A DNA stretch of 64,000 bases from a virus (lineage: Duplodnaviria > Caudoviricetes): positions 273 through 64,272 of IMG/VR virus record IMGVR_UViG_3300010373_000047. One strand, 5' to 3'. The translations under genes were made by a program, and so were the position numbers. The notes under the pieces are model-generated. The model did not search any database, had not been told where the DNA came from, and was given only the letters and a program-made list of their open reading frames with translations. Positions 8,910 through 18,724 of the stretch are shown here, piece after piece (positions within the stretch are counted from its first letter, which is position 1; the number at the start of each line of letters is the position of its first letter).

Positions 8910-9320
8910 TTAGCCTACTAGCTCGAGGAAATCCCCTTCGTCGAATGCCTTGACAAACGTTTTCAAAACACCAGGAAGCTCGATACGCCTGCACCCCCTT
9001 GCTTTGACGAACGTTTTCAAACCACCAGGAAGATCGACATCCCTAAACCACGGTCGCCCAATGAGCGGTGATGTATTCCACGCTCGTACTAAAGCGTCTG
9101 CTTGTTCTGCGGTAATCTCGTTAGAGTCGAAGACGACCGCGAATTGAGTAACGTGCGCGTTGCCGAGCGCTCGCGATATCGGACACCCGCAAGACTGTTG
9201 CGGCTGCCCAAGCGGAATAGCCTCGAGCGGCTCTTTACCGAGCGCGCGTCGCGCGATGTTGATCGCCTCGAGCGCCCGCGCCTTGTATGCCTCACGCTGC
9301 GTTTCGCGCATCTTCATCAT
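8910..9320 (-). CDS. Hypothetical protein with internal 18-aa duplication
   Basis: Start MMKMRETQ with RBS AGGAGG; CGCPISRAL motif; LPGxLKTFVKA occurs twice. Confidence 0.6.
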   Translation of the reverse strand: MMKMRETQREAYKARALEAINIARRALGKEPLEAIPLGQPQQSCGCPISRALGNAHVTQFAVVFDSNEITAEQADALVRAWNTSPLIGRPWFRDVDLPGGLKTFVKARGCRRIELPGVLKTFVKAFDEGDFLELVG

Positions 9321-11382
9321 TTCCGTGTCCCTCCTGGTTGAAAATTTTACCATAGATACCGGTGGTGGCAAGCTGGCGACGGTACTTGCGCACAATCCGC
9401 TTGCCGAGCGCCGCTTGTTTGGCTGTCAATCGCGCCGACTCGGCTAGGCTGTGGCCAATCTGGGCGTCGATCTTGTTAAAGCCTATACCGTCAAACGTAC
9501 TCGCCCAGTTACATACGCCAGCAAGCATCTTAAGCGCCGTGTGGATGGCCGCAATCTGATCGTTAGGAAGAGCCACGGCCTCGCGAACGATATCCTCGCG
9601 CTTGGCTTTTTTGGTTGACGCCTCGTAGTTCGAGGTCGGAGCGGGCGCTTGCGCCTCTTCTGGCGAATCCTCGACCGCCAAATCAAGCGCCTTGTCTGCG
9701 ATCTCTTGTTTGGCGATGCAAACCTTGATCATTTTGACAGCCACCGATCCGTTCAAAACCAAATGCTGGATTAGGCAAGATTCGCGCTGTCCGATGCGAT
9801 GCACGCGATCCTCAGCCTGGGTAATGTTCCCAGGAACCCAGTCTTCCTCGACGAACACTACGTGGCTCGATGCCGTCAGGGTGATGCCGACGCCCGCCGC
9901 CGTGATCGAGCCAACGAATACTTGACAGCTTGGATCGGTTTGGAATCGCTGCACCGCCGCATCGCGATCCGCCAGCTTGGTTTCGCCGTTGACCCGCACC
10001 GCCGCATCGCCGAACGCATCCGCGATGCCGTTCAGGACGTCGTGGTGCCAGCCCATAACCACGATTTTGTGGGTCGGATCGTCCTCAGTTGCATCCTTGA
10101 GGAACTCGATAGCCTTCGGCAGCAGCGCTACCGCCTCTTCGTGCCGAACGCGAGCCAGCTCGCTAAACGCGATACCCTTTGCAGCCTTAAGCCGCGCCAC
10201 CGCCTCGTGGTAAACGTTCTCGTCGTCGCCCGCCTTGGCTAGCTCGACGGCCGCTTCGAGGTCGTCAATTTCTGATGCCAGCCTGTCCATGCGTTCGCGC
10301 CCTGATGTTACGACGCCCGTTGCGCCGTTCGCGTCGAGCTCGACTACTTGACGGCGCTTTGCAGGCAATTCGGTTAACACCTCGGCCTTCAGCCGCCGTA
10401 TCAGGATCGTGGTCCGGAGGATATCCTGTAGCTCGCCCAGATTGCTCGCGCCGGTAGGTGCACCGGTTCCTGGAGCCCAATTACAAAACCTCTTCGCGAA
10501 ATCATAGAACCTGGGGCGAACCTCGCCCTGTTTGTTAACGTATGTCCAGGTTTTCGGATCGAGCCTGAGCAGAAACGGCCACAGCTCGACGGGGCGATTG
10601 ACGATTGGCGTGCCCGTCATATAAACGCGCCGCTTTGCCGCGATCTTGTCGATAGCCTCGGAGCGCTTAGCCTTTGGGTTTTTCAGCCGATGGCATTCAT
10701 CCACCACAAGCAAATCAAACTCCCGCATCAGGCTAGCGTGCCGCAGCTTAGCAGTTGGCTTATGCTGTTTTTTGCTTACCGTCTTGTTGTACGCGATGGC
10801 GTCTTTGTCGGCTTCCCATACCGACTCGTAATTGATGATTACGATATCGGTCGCTGGGCATTCCTGGCTCGCCCCGATGCCGATGCTGAACGGGCGCACC
10901 AGCCATTTTTTCATCTCGCGCGCCCAGTTGCCCTTGAGCGTCGCTGGGCAAATCACGCAAACCGTCTGGATTGACGGATCGTAATTGATTAACCCGATGG
11001 CCTGGATCGTCTTACCGAGGCCCATTTCATCGCCGAGCAGCGTGTTTGGGCGCTTGCTCATGAACGAGATACCGGCCTTCTGGTACGGCAAATAATCGCA
11101 TCCGGCTGGCGCAGGAATTTGGATCGCTGCATCCGTAGCCTTGCTAGCCTCGAGCGCCGCGCGCCGCGCCTCGAGCGCTGTTTCGTTCAACGAGGATAGC
11201 TCGGCCTTGAGCGTCGCGTCGACGGCAAACGAGGCTAGCTTTGCCGCCTTGGTTTTGTCGTCGGTCCACCATTCGCGCCTGTCGGGGTTCCACCGAAACT
11301 TTGCCGTCTTGGCAACTTCCTTCTCGTCGAAGGTGCAGCGGAAAACGTACCGGCTCGGGTTGTCGAGGTGTATTAGCTCCAT
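9292..11382 (-). CDS. SNF2-family (SMARCAL1/HARP-like) helicase
   Basis: LGDEMGLGKT, DECH, MTGTPIVNRPVEL, GVGITLT, QAEDRVHRIGQ. Confidence 0.92.
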   Translation of the reverse strand: MELIHLDNPSRYVFRCTFDEKEVAKTAKFRWNPDRREWWTDDKTKAAKLASFAVDATLKAELSSLNETALEARRAALEASKATDAAIQIPAPAGCDYLPYQKAGISFMSKRPNTLLGDEMGLGKTIQAIGLINYDPSIQTVCVICPATLKGNWAREMKKWLVRPFSIGIGASQECPATDIVIINYESVWEADKDAIAYNKTVSKKQHKPTAKLRHASLMREFDLLVVDECHRLKNPKAKRSEAIDKIAAKRRVYMTGTPIVNRPVELWPFLLRLDPKTWTYVNKQGEVRPRFYDFAKRFCNWAPGTGAPTGASNLGELQDILRTTILIRRLKAEVLTELPAKRRQVVELDANGATGVVTSGRERMDRLASEIDDLEAAVELAKAGDDENVYHEAVARLKAAKGIAFSELARVRHEEAVALLPKAIEFLKDATEDDPTHKIVVMGWHHDVLNGIADAFGDAAVRVNGETKLADRDAAVQRFQTDPSCQVFVGSITAAGVGITLTASSHVVFVEEDWVPGNITQAEDRVHRIGQRESCLIQHLVLNGSVAVKMIKVCIAKQEIADKALDLAVEDSPEEAQAPAPTSNYEASTKKAKREDIVREAVALPNDQIAAIHTALKMLAGVCNWASTFDGIGFNKIDAQIGHSLAESARLTAKQAALGKRIVRKYRRQLATTGIYGKIFNQEGHGNDEDARNAA

Positions 11383-11388
11383 ACCGTC

Positions 11389-11417
11389 ACCATAACCTAA
11401 CGCTAGGTTTCGTGCAA
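11389..11417 (-). promoter_or_regulatory. Sigma70-type promoter with palindromic operator AACCTAgCGtTAGGTT, leaderless
   Basis: TTGCAC-17-TATGGT, 6 nt before ATG 11382. Confidence 0.75.
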
Positions 11418-11421
11418 GCGA

Positions 11422-11589
11422 CTACCAAGAAATATCTTCGTCGTCTGGCGGTAATTCGCCAATCGTCACCGGCTTGTTTGGTATCGGCTGCTCAAACACC
11501 CAAGAGCCCCAGCGTCTATTGAGCTCGTCTTCGATCTGCTTGAACCATTCGCGATAGTGTGCCCGCAAAATTGGATCGTCTGCGTTCAT
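11422..11589 (-). CDS. Small hypothetical protein
   Basis: MNADDPILRAHY..., directly after TTGACT-18-TACAAT promoter. Confidence 0.45.
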   Translation of the reverse strand: MNADDPILRAHYREWFKQIEDELNRRWGSWVFEQPIPNKPVTIGELPPDDEDISW

Positions 11590-11625
11590 GGTTGTCGATT
11601 GTATCAAGCGGGGTGCGTGAAAGTC

Positions 11626-11660
11626 AAAAAAATGGGGTGCCGGATCGCTCCGACACCCCG
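11626..11660 (-). terminator. Rho-independent terminator
   Basis: GGGGTGTCGGA-GCGA-TCCGGCACCCC followed by a T run. Confidence 0.65.
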
Positions 11661-11678
11661 CGCCCGTTGTAAGGCGGA

Positions 11679-12257
11679 TTAGTGCGTTATGGCTCCGTTG
11701 CCGTTCAGCGGTTTGCTCGCCTCCTGTTCCATGATTTCGGCCGTCGCCTGAGAAGCCGGAATCACGTGGATGCCGACGCGGTCATCTTTACTCACACGCA
11801 GCACCTGCCGTCCCTTAACCTTGCCCGATGCGTCTGTCGTCTGGATGACGACGGCCTCGAGGCGAGCAGGCGTCCCTGGGTTATGCTCGGCGATTGCGCG
11901 CTCTAGCAGCTCGACATAAAGGTTCGCGTCGTCTTTGACGTCGGGATACACCTTCATCAGAACCGCAACCAGTTCGCTCTTCGCGTCAGCGCGCACCGCA
12001 TCGGACGAGATTTCTTTGTATGCCGCCAACATATACGGGATATCAATCGAGCCCGCACGTCCTGTCTTAAGGTTCAGACAAAACGCCCGATTCTTGGCAA
12101 TGCGCTCGATCCGCACGATTCGGTGCGGATAATTTTTGTTGCGCATTTGATACACCTTGCCGACCATATCGGAATACGCCGATTTGCTCGCAGGTCGTGT
12201 TGCCGGTCCGGCCGTCCGCTTTGTCTGGCGTGTAGTTTTCTCGGTTTTGCCTTTCAT
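11679..12257 (-). CDS. Hypothetical protein
   Basis: Likely start MKGKTEK with RBS GGAGG. Confidence 0.5.
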   Translation of the reverse strand: MKGKTEKTTRQTKRTAGPATRPASKSAYSDMVGKVYQMRNKNYPHRIVRIERIAKNRAFCLNLKTGRAGSIDIPYMLAAYKEISSDAVRADAKSELVAVLMKVYPDVKDDANLYVELLERAIAEHNPGTPARLEAVVIQTTDASGKVKGRQVLRVSKDDRVGIHVIPASQATAEIMEQEASKPLNGNGAITH

Positions 12258-12396
12258 TGCCCGTGCCTCCGTGCGCCCGAATTTTTTTGTTTTGTGGCGC
12301 ACGGAGGAGCATTGCATTACCGATGCCAATCGTCAATATGGATAATTTTGGCGTATCTTGGATGAGATTACATCAATTAGCGCCGCGTTGCGCTAC

Positions 12397-12747
12397 TTAT
12401 TCGTCCGCCCAACCCTGCCCAGGGCGGTAAACCTTGCGCGGTTCTTTGCTCTGCTGCTCGATAACTTTTGCACTTTCGTCAGTTGTGTTAGCAGCAGGTA
12501 CAAACAGCTCGACGTGTCCGTCTGGGTGGATAAAGCGCGTCGTGCTGTCAACGCGCACCCCAGGCGTTTTCATCTTCTCGAAAAACGCGCGACCGGTCGC
12601 GGGCGCGATGTTGTTGATTGTCCGGATCGTAATCGTTCCGTCAGGCGCTTCGCTGTATGCGGTCATCGAAAACATCTTGAACCGTCGGTTCAGCATTTGC
12701 CCCGCGAGTTCAATCGCGCCATCGTTTTTAAGCTGCTTGCTGCCCAC
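12397..12747 (-). CDS. Hypothetical protein
   Basis: 116-aa ORF in operon-like chain. Confidence 0.45.
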   Translation of the reverse strand: MGSKQLKNDGAIELAGQMLNRRFKMFSMTAYSEAPDGTITIRTINNIAPATGRAFFEKMKTPGVRVDSTTRFIHPDGHVELFVPAANTTDESAKVIEQQSKEPRKVYRPGQGWADE

Positions 12748-13141
12748 TTGCCACCTCGTATATTTTCGTGAGCCCGTTTAGGCGCGTCGTTAAACGACCA
12801 TCGCGCTCAAGTTTCCGACATACCACTTTGACGTGTTGCGGATTTCGGTTGATGGCTTGCGCCACCCATCGGCTCGACGCGCCGCCTCGCCTAGATAGGA
12901 ACTCGACGGCCATCCGTTCGACGGTTTGCAAATGTGGGGCGGATTCAAGCCGTCCAATCAAGCCATCAACCCTGCGTATCTCCTCGACGAGCGCGCGCCG
13001 ATATGCGTAAACCTCGGCGTGCTCTAGGCGTTTGCGCGCCATCCACGCCCGTTTGTACTCGCGCTGGCATGGTGTGCAATGATAGCGGGCGAGTCCGTGT
13101 ACGCACGGTTTGACGCGACCCATTAGATACGCCACCACCAC
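12728..13141 (-). CDS. Putative Zn-finger + winged-HTH protein
   Basis: CVHG...CTPC, then SSRWVAQAINRNPQHVKVVCRKLERDG. Confidence 0.5.
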   Translation of the reverse strand: MVVAYLMGRVKPCVHGLARYHCTPCQREYKRAWMARKRLEHAEVYAYRRALVEEIRRVDGLIGRLESAPHLQTVERMAVEFLSRRGGASSRWVAQAINRNPQHVKVVCRKLERDGRLTTRLNGLTKIYEVASGQQAA

Positions 13142-13455
13142 ACGTCAGGCTTGGGTCCGTTGTAAGTACAGTCTGGACACACCACACCGACAATAGCGCT
13201 ACGCGCCCTTAGCGTCATGTGGTGCGTGTCAAGAATACCGTAGCTCGGCTCATGTTGACGAATCAGCGTCCACTCGAACGTTTCGCCGCCACCGCCATTC
13301 CACGGAGTTCTACGGGTGCATCGCGAGCAGTTTTGTATGGCGCTAACGGTACGCTCCTCTAAGGTAAAAAATCTTTGCGTCGCGCGACGCACGGATGCCG
13401 CGATATCGCCGCGAATGCCTTCGTCGAAGGCTTGATCTAGCGTATAACCCGCCAT
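13123..13455 (-). CDS. Hypothetical Zn-ribbon protein
   Basis: CSRC and CPDC motifs; probable start MAGYTLDQ. Confidence 0.4.
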   Translation of the reverse strand: MAGYTLDQAFDEGIRGDIAASVRRATQRFFTLEERTVSAIQNCSRCTRRTPWNGGGGETFEWTLIRQHEPSYGILDTHHMTLRARSAIVGVVCPDCTYNGPKPDVWWWRI

Positions 13456-13459
13456 TGGA

Positions 13460-13726
13460 TCAGCCAACGTTCGCACATACCCCAAAGCGCTCTTTGTGTG
13501 AGCGCTTTCGCGTATGAGCAACGCGCGCCGATGCCGCAACCACCGCCCGCCGCCGCTGCGCCTTGTACCCCTTACGGGTCGACTTCGATCCGTGGTTGGT
13601 CGTCCAGTTAGACCGGTGCGGGTTGATGCGTCGGTGCCCCTGGACGGTAAACGGATTATTCCGCTCTGATAAAAACGCCCGCGCGATTATGCTTTCGATT
13701 GCCGGATCGATGTTGGTAAACGTCAC
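13460..13726 (-). CDS. Hypothetical basic protein
   Basis: GTGA overlap with the ligase stop. Confidence 0.35.
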   Translation of the reverse strand: MTFTNIDPAIESIIARAFLSERNNPFTVQGHRRINPHRSNWTTNHGSKSTRKGYKAQRRRAVVAASARVAHTRKRSHKERFGVCANVG

Positions 13727-14643
13727 TTGTCGCTCCCGTTAAACTGTTGCTCGAGTAGTCTCTCCTTGTACCATTCCGGCAGCCCGCGCGTCAAAAGTCG
13801 CTGGATTTGAGGCCAAGCCCACGCGAACAGCTTGTCGCGGATTTCAGCCTCGCATTCCGCGCGCACGTCAACCGGCACAGATTTCATCAGTGCTCCGATA
13901 TCGCGAGGCGAGTTGTCGAGCGTGCCGTCCTCGGCGAGGCGCTGAACGGCTTTCGCCCAGCGTGCGGGCGTGCGAAGCTGTTCGCCCAGCATCGTGACGA
14001 TATCCTGCGCGCCAGGATTGCGGGTTTTCCACTCTCCGGCGTGCGTCTCCTTGAATAACTCTGAGACAAACTTTCCCATAAGCACGTGACCGTCGATGCC
14101 GAAGCGCCGATAGTTCTTCAGCACGACGCCTTCGATTTTCTGTCCGCCGAGTACTGATTCGCGCTCGAGGTATTCGCGCACGTCGGCAACGCCGAGACGA
14201 TCCACCTTGTAGCACGGCACGCATTCGATTCCGATGCGCCCCGCTTCGTCAAGTTTGGCCTCGGGCGATAAATAAGACTCGATGCCATCGTTGATGTCGA
14301 ACAGCATCAAATAATTGAGCGGCACGCGCTTGTAACACAGCGTGTTGTGTTTGGGTTTGGCCAGATACTCGGCGCGATAAACCCACCCAGGCGTCAGACG
14401 TTCGGCGATGGCGCGAACCGTATCGCACGCTTCGGCAAACATCTTCGGCGGTGCGTCAATCGGAAACGTAGCGTTGTGCGAACGCACCAGCAGCGGCCCG
14501 AGCGGATGGTCGGGAAATAACCCGAACGAAAACTGGGAGCCGTCGATTTTTTCTTCGACGACGACCGGATCGTCAAGCAAATGCTCGAGCGCCCGATGCC
14601 CGAGCGCGTATATCTTGCCGTAGCTATTCAGCGAGTCCATCAC
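13723..14643 (-). CDS. RNA ligase family protein (Rnl2-like adenylyltransferase domain)
   Basis: EEKIDGSQFSF (motif I), YRAEYL, LFDI, EGVVLK, MGKFVSELFKE. Confidence 0.75.
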   Translation of the reverse strand: MMDSLNSYGKIYALGHRALEHLLDDPVVVEEKIDGSQFSFGLFPDHPLGPLLVRSHNATFPIDAPPKMFAEACDTVRAIAERLTPGWVYRAEYLAKPKHNTLCYKRVPLNYLMLFDINDGIESYLSPEAKLDEAGRIGIECVPCYKVDRLGVADVREYLERESVLGGQKIEGVVLKNYRRFGIDGHVLMGKFVSELFKETHAGEWKTRNPGAQDIVTMLGEQLRTPARWAKAVQRLAEDGTLDNSPRDIGALMKSVPVDVRAECEAEIRDKLFAWAWPQIQRLLTRGLPEWYKERLLEQQFNGSDK

Positions 14644-15107
14644 CCACCCTCGTTCTTTGATTCCTCGAATGCGCGCTGGAACGCCCGCAGATCTGCTGCA
14701 TACGCCCCGTAGCGCCTAATAATAGACTCGAACTCCTCGACGTCGTGTCGAACGAGGCGCAGTCTAACCAAGTCGGAATCTGGGTCGCGTTTTGGCTCTC
14801 CGGTTTCCTCGTTTACCACTACGCCAACATGCGCCAGCTCGTGATCGAGCACCGCAACCTGGAACGTTTTGTCGCCGCGCTTTTCCAGCTCGCCCCACAA
14901 ATCCTTGGCCAGCGTAATGACGAAATCGAATCCGTGGAGGGTGCGATCCTGGTCGCCAACTTTGCGGCACGTACCGCATTTTCCAGGCATCTCGTCCTTA
15001 AACATATAGGCGATCCGCAGAGCGTTGTCGCGGATTACCGGATAGTGATCGTCGATCAGCCCTTGCGCCATATCGGCCAGCATTTGTGATTGCTCAAATA
15101 GTGCCAT
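14640..15107 (-). CDS. Putative phage metallopeptidase
   Basis: DFVITL..W, LDHELAH, RHDVEEF..IIRRYG. Confidence 0.75.
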   Translation of the reverse strand: MALFEQSQMLADMAQGLIDDHYPVIRDNALRIAYMFKDEMPGKCGTCRKVGDQDRTLHGFDFVITLAKDLWGELEKRGDKTFQVAVLDHELAHVGVVVNEETGEPKRDPDSDLVRLRLVRHDVEEFESIIRRYGAYAADLRAFQRAFEESKNEGG

Positions 15108-15125
15108 GTCGTGATTATCCGGTTG

Positions 15126-15329
15126 TTACGACAAATTGTCAAAAATTGGCCTGGTGTGAATTGCCGCGATTACAGCTTCGCGCCTCGTACGTCCGCGCGC
15201 CAGCTCTTTGTATTTGTGAGGCTCGAGGCTAGAACCGTCAAACACGATCCATTCGCGCCCATGCCGCTCGGCAAACCAACGACGTATTCGCAGCTCTGCT
15301 ATGATGCCGCTTGGTGACGTGTCTATCAA
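15126..15329 (-). CDS. Hypothetical protein
   Basis: 67-aa ORF in operon chain. Confidence 0.35.
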   Translation of the reverse strand: MIDTSPSGIIAELRIRRWFAERHGREWIVFDGSSLEPHKYKELARGRTRREAVIAAIHTRPIFDNLS

Positions 15330-15790
15330 AACGAACCCCGATGTTTGTTGCTTTTGCTGCGGTTACAGCGCCCGCACAGTAACTGCAGGTTATCGGCCGT
15401 CGTCTCGCCGCCCTTGCTATGGGGTACGATGTGGTCGAGCTGAAGATCGTCGGTTCGCCCGCACCGTTTGCATCGGCACATATCGCGAGCGAACACCTCG
15501 ACGCGAACGCTGTCCGGTATCGAACGCGACGCACGCTTGTCGACACCAGGATCGCGTTCGTCAGCGACCTCCTCGATAAAACCCTCGGCCTGCAGCGTCG
15601 CGTTGATTTTATCGACGCGCAGTGGGTTGCCGGTTCGGCTGCCTTGTAGCATCAGCTCGACGAGCGCCCACTTTTCTTCATCCGGCAAACCCGCAAACCG
15701 ACCGTCGCGCAACAAGCTATCCGGCAGCAGGATCGATCCGCGCCGCTTGCTATCGACAAACTGAGATAGATTCTTAATCTTGATCCGCAT
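15326..15790 (-). CDS. HNH endonuclease
   Basis: VFARD..RCKRCG...LQLDHIVPHSKGG...NLQLLCGRCNRSK. Confidence 0.9.
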   Translation of the reverse strand: MRIKIKNLSQFVDSKRRGSILLPDSLLRDGRFAGLPDEEKWALVELMLQGSRTGNPLRVDKINATLQAEGFIEEVADERDPGVDKRASRSIPDSVRVEVFARDMCRCKRCGRTDDLQLDHIVPHSKGGETTADNLQLLCGRCNRSKSNKHRGSF

Positions 15791-16235
15791 ACACCCACAC
15801 TTGCGCTGCGCGCCCGCTAATGCTTGGACGCGTGCACCGGTCCTTCTTCTGAATTAGCCCCTCGCTAAACAGCTCGGTAATACGCGGACGCACGGCCAGC
15901 ACAGACGCCCCGAGACGCGCCGCGACCTCGTCTGCCGTCAATCCGTCAGGCGAAGAACATATCGCCGCCAGCGCATCGCTGCGTAACGTATGCGCCCGCG
16001 ATATGATGGCGACGGCAGCCTCTTTGGTGCCCTGTTCTGCGGATACCACCTGTGGCGTGTCGACCAGATTGTCGAAATCGAGTCCGTGTTTAATATCTTT
16101 CGCGAGCCGCGCCAGTTCGGTCTCGCGTTCGGCAATGCGCGCCTCGATGAGCGCGATGTCGTTATGGTCTTTGCGGTTTTCGCGCTTTAGTGCTTCGAAG
16201 CGCTGCACCTGATCGGCTAACGAGTGGGTCGACAT
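15774..16235 (-). CDS. Coiled-coil + winged-HTH DNA-binding protein
   Basis: GLTADEVAARLG.SVLAVRPRITEL...GR.A.VW. Confidence 0.7.
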   Translation of the reverse strand: MSTHSLADQVQRFEALKRENRKDHNDIALIEARIAERETELARLAKDIKHGLDFDNLVDTPQVVSAEQGTKEAAVAIISRAHTLRSDALAAICSSPDGLTADEVAARLGASVLAVRPRITELFSEGLIQKKDRCTRPSISGRAAQVWVYADQD

Positions 16236-16258
16236 TTGTAACTACCTCCTGTCCAACA

Positions 16259-16288
16259 GGATTAACCTAACGGTCGGTTAAATGTCAA
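16259..16288 (-). promoter_or_regulatory. Promoter with degenerate operator AACCGACCGTTAGGTT
   Basis: TTGACA, operator in the spacer, RBS AGGAGG before 16235. Confidence 0.6.
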
Positions 16289-16480
16289 TTATTGCTTTGT
16301 GCGTATAGGGCGTGAGCAGTGCCGTGGTGCGTATCCCATATCACACAAGACGATCCGAAGTCGACGTGCCTATCGAGATCGGCAAAGTAGCTCGGTCCAA
16401 ACATCGGGATCATGATCTGCGCAGCACGCGAGAATCGTGCCGCGCGAGCGATCTCGTTGCCGAATGTGCCTAACTCGATT

Positions 16481-17437
16481 TCACTTGATGGTTTGTCCAT
16501 ATAGCGCCACGATTATCATCGTCCGGATCGTCTTGTCAAAATCACGCGGAGTCGATTGCAACCATAGCGCCCCTGGGTCTTTGGCGTCGGCGTTGAACCG
16601 CATCGGGTGAACGCGCCCCGCGATGCACGAATTGCGCAGCGCGTTGATTAACGTCTCGCCGCCTCGGTCCGGCTCGGTGGCCACCACAATCGTAGAGTAT
16701 TTTGCAAGCTCTTTGGCGTCGCGTTCCTCTACCCAGCTTGACGCACCAGGAACGCCGATAGCATGGAACCCGCGCCGCCATAGCACGTGACAATCCGACT
16801 CGCCTTCGACGAGGATTATGGGTTTGGTCGGCTTGACGGACCACAACCGCCACAAGCCGTAAAGAATCGTATCGTCGCCCATTTGGTGGCGAAAGCGGTC
16901 GCCGGTCAGTCCAATGCGGTATCGCTTGCAGACTGGTTCGCCAAAATCTCGATAGTACGGAATCTCGACGGCCGGTATCGGCTGCTCTACGCCCTTACCC
17001 TGCCATGTTGTATCACGCAAACCCCATTCCTTGAGCGCGGCGCGATCCAGGCGTTTAGACTCGGCATATTGCGCAAGCGTACAGCCCGACGGCGGGAGCT
17101 TGGGCTTGGCTGTCTGTTGTCGGGCTCTACCAGCGGCAACCGCCCGCGCGACACGCGCCGCCTTGTCTATTTTGCGCTGTTCGCGCCGCGACGCAATCTC
17201 GTCAGGGCTGTCTTGCCATCGCGCGCCCATAACGTCGCGCCAAGTTAGCCCGCTGGCTTGAACGATATCGGCAACCGCACCCTTGCCGCACGCAAAACAG
17301 TGCAGCGCAATAAAGCCGTCCGGCTCCTGCAGGACGTGGAGCGAGCCGTTCGGATCGTTATGGTTCGGACAGATTGCTAGATAGCCGGTTGCTGATTCCG
17401 GTCCGACAGGAGGCCAGATTTCTTTTGCGTTGATCAA
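16481..17437 (-). CDS. DNA primase (Zn-binding + TOPRIM)
   Basis: CPNHND..SL...HCFAC; ILVEGESD; PGA; EPDRGGE; AKDP. Confidence 0.8.
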   Translation of the reverse strand: MINAKEIWPPVGPESATGYLAICPNHNDPNGSLHVLQEPDGFIALHCFACGKGAVADIVQASGLTWRDVMGARWQDSPDEIASRREQRKIDKAARVARAVAAGRARQQTAKPKLPPSGCTLAQYAESKRLDRAALKEWGLRDTTWQGKGVEQPIPAVEIPYYRDFGEPVCKRYRIGLTGDRFRHQMGDDTILYGLWRLWSVKPTKPIILVEGESDCHVLWRRGFHAIGVPGASSWVEERDAKELAKYSTIVVATEPDRGGETLINALRNSCIAGRVHPMRFNADAKDPGALWLQSTPRDFDKTIRTMIIVALYGQTIK

Positions 17438-17577
17438 TTACCACCTTAAAACCGCATTTGCGGCACTCGAGAGTGAGGGATTCGGCGTGCTGTCCTGTGT
17501 GTCCCCTAACGCCTTGTGGGCAATATGGCAAATGGTAGCGTTTGAAAGCTTCGATGCAGTCCGTGCGACTCATATAC

Positions 17578-18447
17578 TCAACACGTCACGCTTCTGCGCA
17601 ATTTATCGAGCATGTTTAAAATTTCAGTTTGACATTTACGCGGTATAGCGCCCCACGCCCGTCGCGCAGGAATCCAAAAACAATCTCCCGACTTGACGAA
17701 TCGCAACGCCCGCGCCGCATAGTATGGGTCGAGATATGTACCGTCGGGCAAGATAGCAGCTTCCCATGAGCCGTATCTACCGTCGGTGTAAACAACATCA
17801 ATCGGTGGCAGCGGCTTATCTGTAAAGTTCGCAGCCTGGGAAACGATAGCGTCACGCTTAGCCATTGGAGAAGCAGCGACAACAAAAATAGGTGTTAACA
17901 AGCCGATTTCAGCCATGCCAGCGGCAACCCCAGCGGCAACCTGGCCCGACCCGCTAGCAACCACGATGCGCGTCGCGCTTGACGGCAAATTAACGCATTG
18001 CTCGATTATGTCTCGAATAGCTACGTCGCCGCTCCATTTCACGACGGACGGCAATACGCCGATCACTTCTCTAGCCTTGGCGCGACAGTTCGTCAGATAG
18101 CCAGGGCGTACCTCGATAATTTGCACCCCTAATTGCCCAGCATAGCTTGTGGACGGCGAGCGCTCTTTGCGCGCAGGCACGACAATAATGCCTCTGCGTT
18201 GAAAACGGACCGCAGCCTCTGCGAGGTAAACCTGCATCGCGCTATCAGCCGAACAGCCAACAACAAGAGCCGCCTTGTCGCCCGCCGCACGCACCATTTT
18301 GGTATATTGCCTAACTTTGCTGCCGCTTGATTTCCAATACGACGATTGACAAGCCATGTCGTCGCGCTTAGCCCACCAGCCATCAAACTCGTAGATCGGA
18401 GTAATCTGCACGTTTAACACCACCATCCCGTCATCAAAACGCCCCAA
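17578..18447 (-). CDS. PLP-dependent enzyme (fold type II, cysteine synthase/ACC deaminase-like)
   Basis: ITPI..DGWWAKRDD...GSKVRQ, IVVASGSG..AAGV, LDPYY...FW. Confidence 0.65.
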   Translation of the reverse strand: MGRFDDGMVVLNVQITPIYEFDGWWAKRDDMACQSSYWKSSGSKVRQYTKMVRAAGDKAALVVGCSADSAMQVYLAEAAVRFQRRGIIVVPARKERSPSTSYAGQLGVQIIEVRPGYLTNCRAKAREVIGVLPSVVKWSGDVAIRDIIEQCVNLPSSATRIVVASGSGQVAAGVAAGMAEIGLLTPIFVVAASPMAKRDAIVSQAANFTDKPLPPIDVVYTDGRYGSWEAAILPDGTYLDPYYAARALRFVKSGDCFWIPARRAWGAIPRKCQTEILNMLDKLRRSVTC

Positions 18448-18724
18448 CGTCAGAGATGCGATCTGTTTGTGGCGTAACCAAACGCGGAGCCACCTGAACT
18501 ATGCGCTCATTGTCGCCGAGTCTCAAATCAGGATAAATATCCAGTGGTCCTAGATATTCGAGGGTTGGATACGAACCAGCCCACGGGTAGGTGGCGTGCA
18601 TCTCGGATATAATCGTCTGCCACGTCGTCAGATCGACCTCTAGTTTGGCGATCCCCTTGTTTATCCGGCACGCCTCGACTAACGCGCCCAAAGTCGGCTG
18701 ACCCTTAAATTCCGCTTCCATCAT
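18434..18724 (-). CDS. Hypothetical protein
   Basis: 96-aa ORF overlapping both neighbours. Confidence 0.4.
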   Translation of the reverse strand: MMEAEFKGQPTLGALVEACRINKGIAKLEVDLTTWQTIISEMHATYPWAGSYPTLEYLGPLDIYPDLRLGDNERIVQVAPRLVTPQTDRISDVGAF

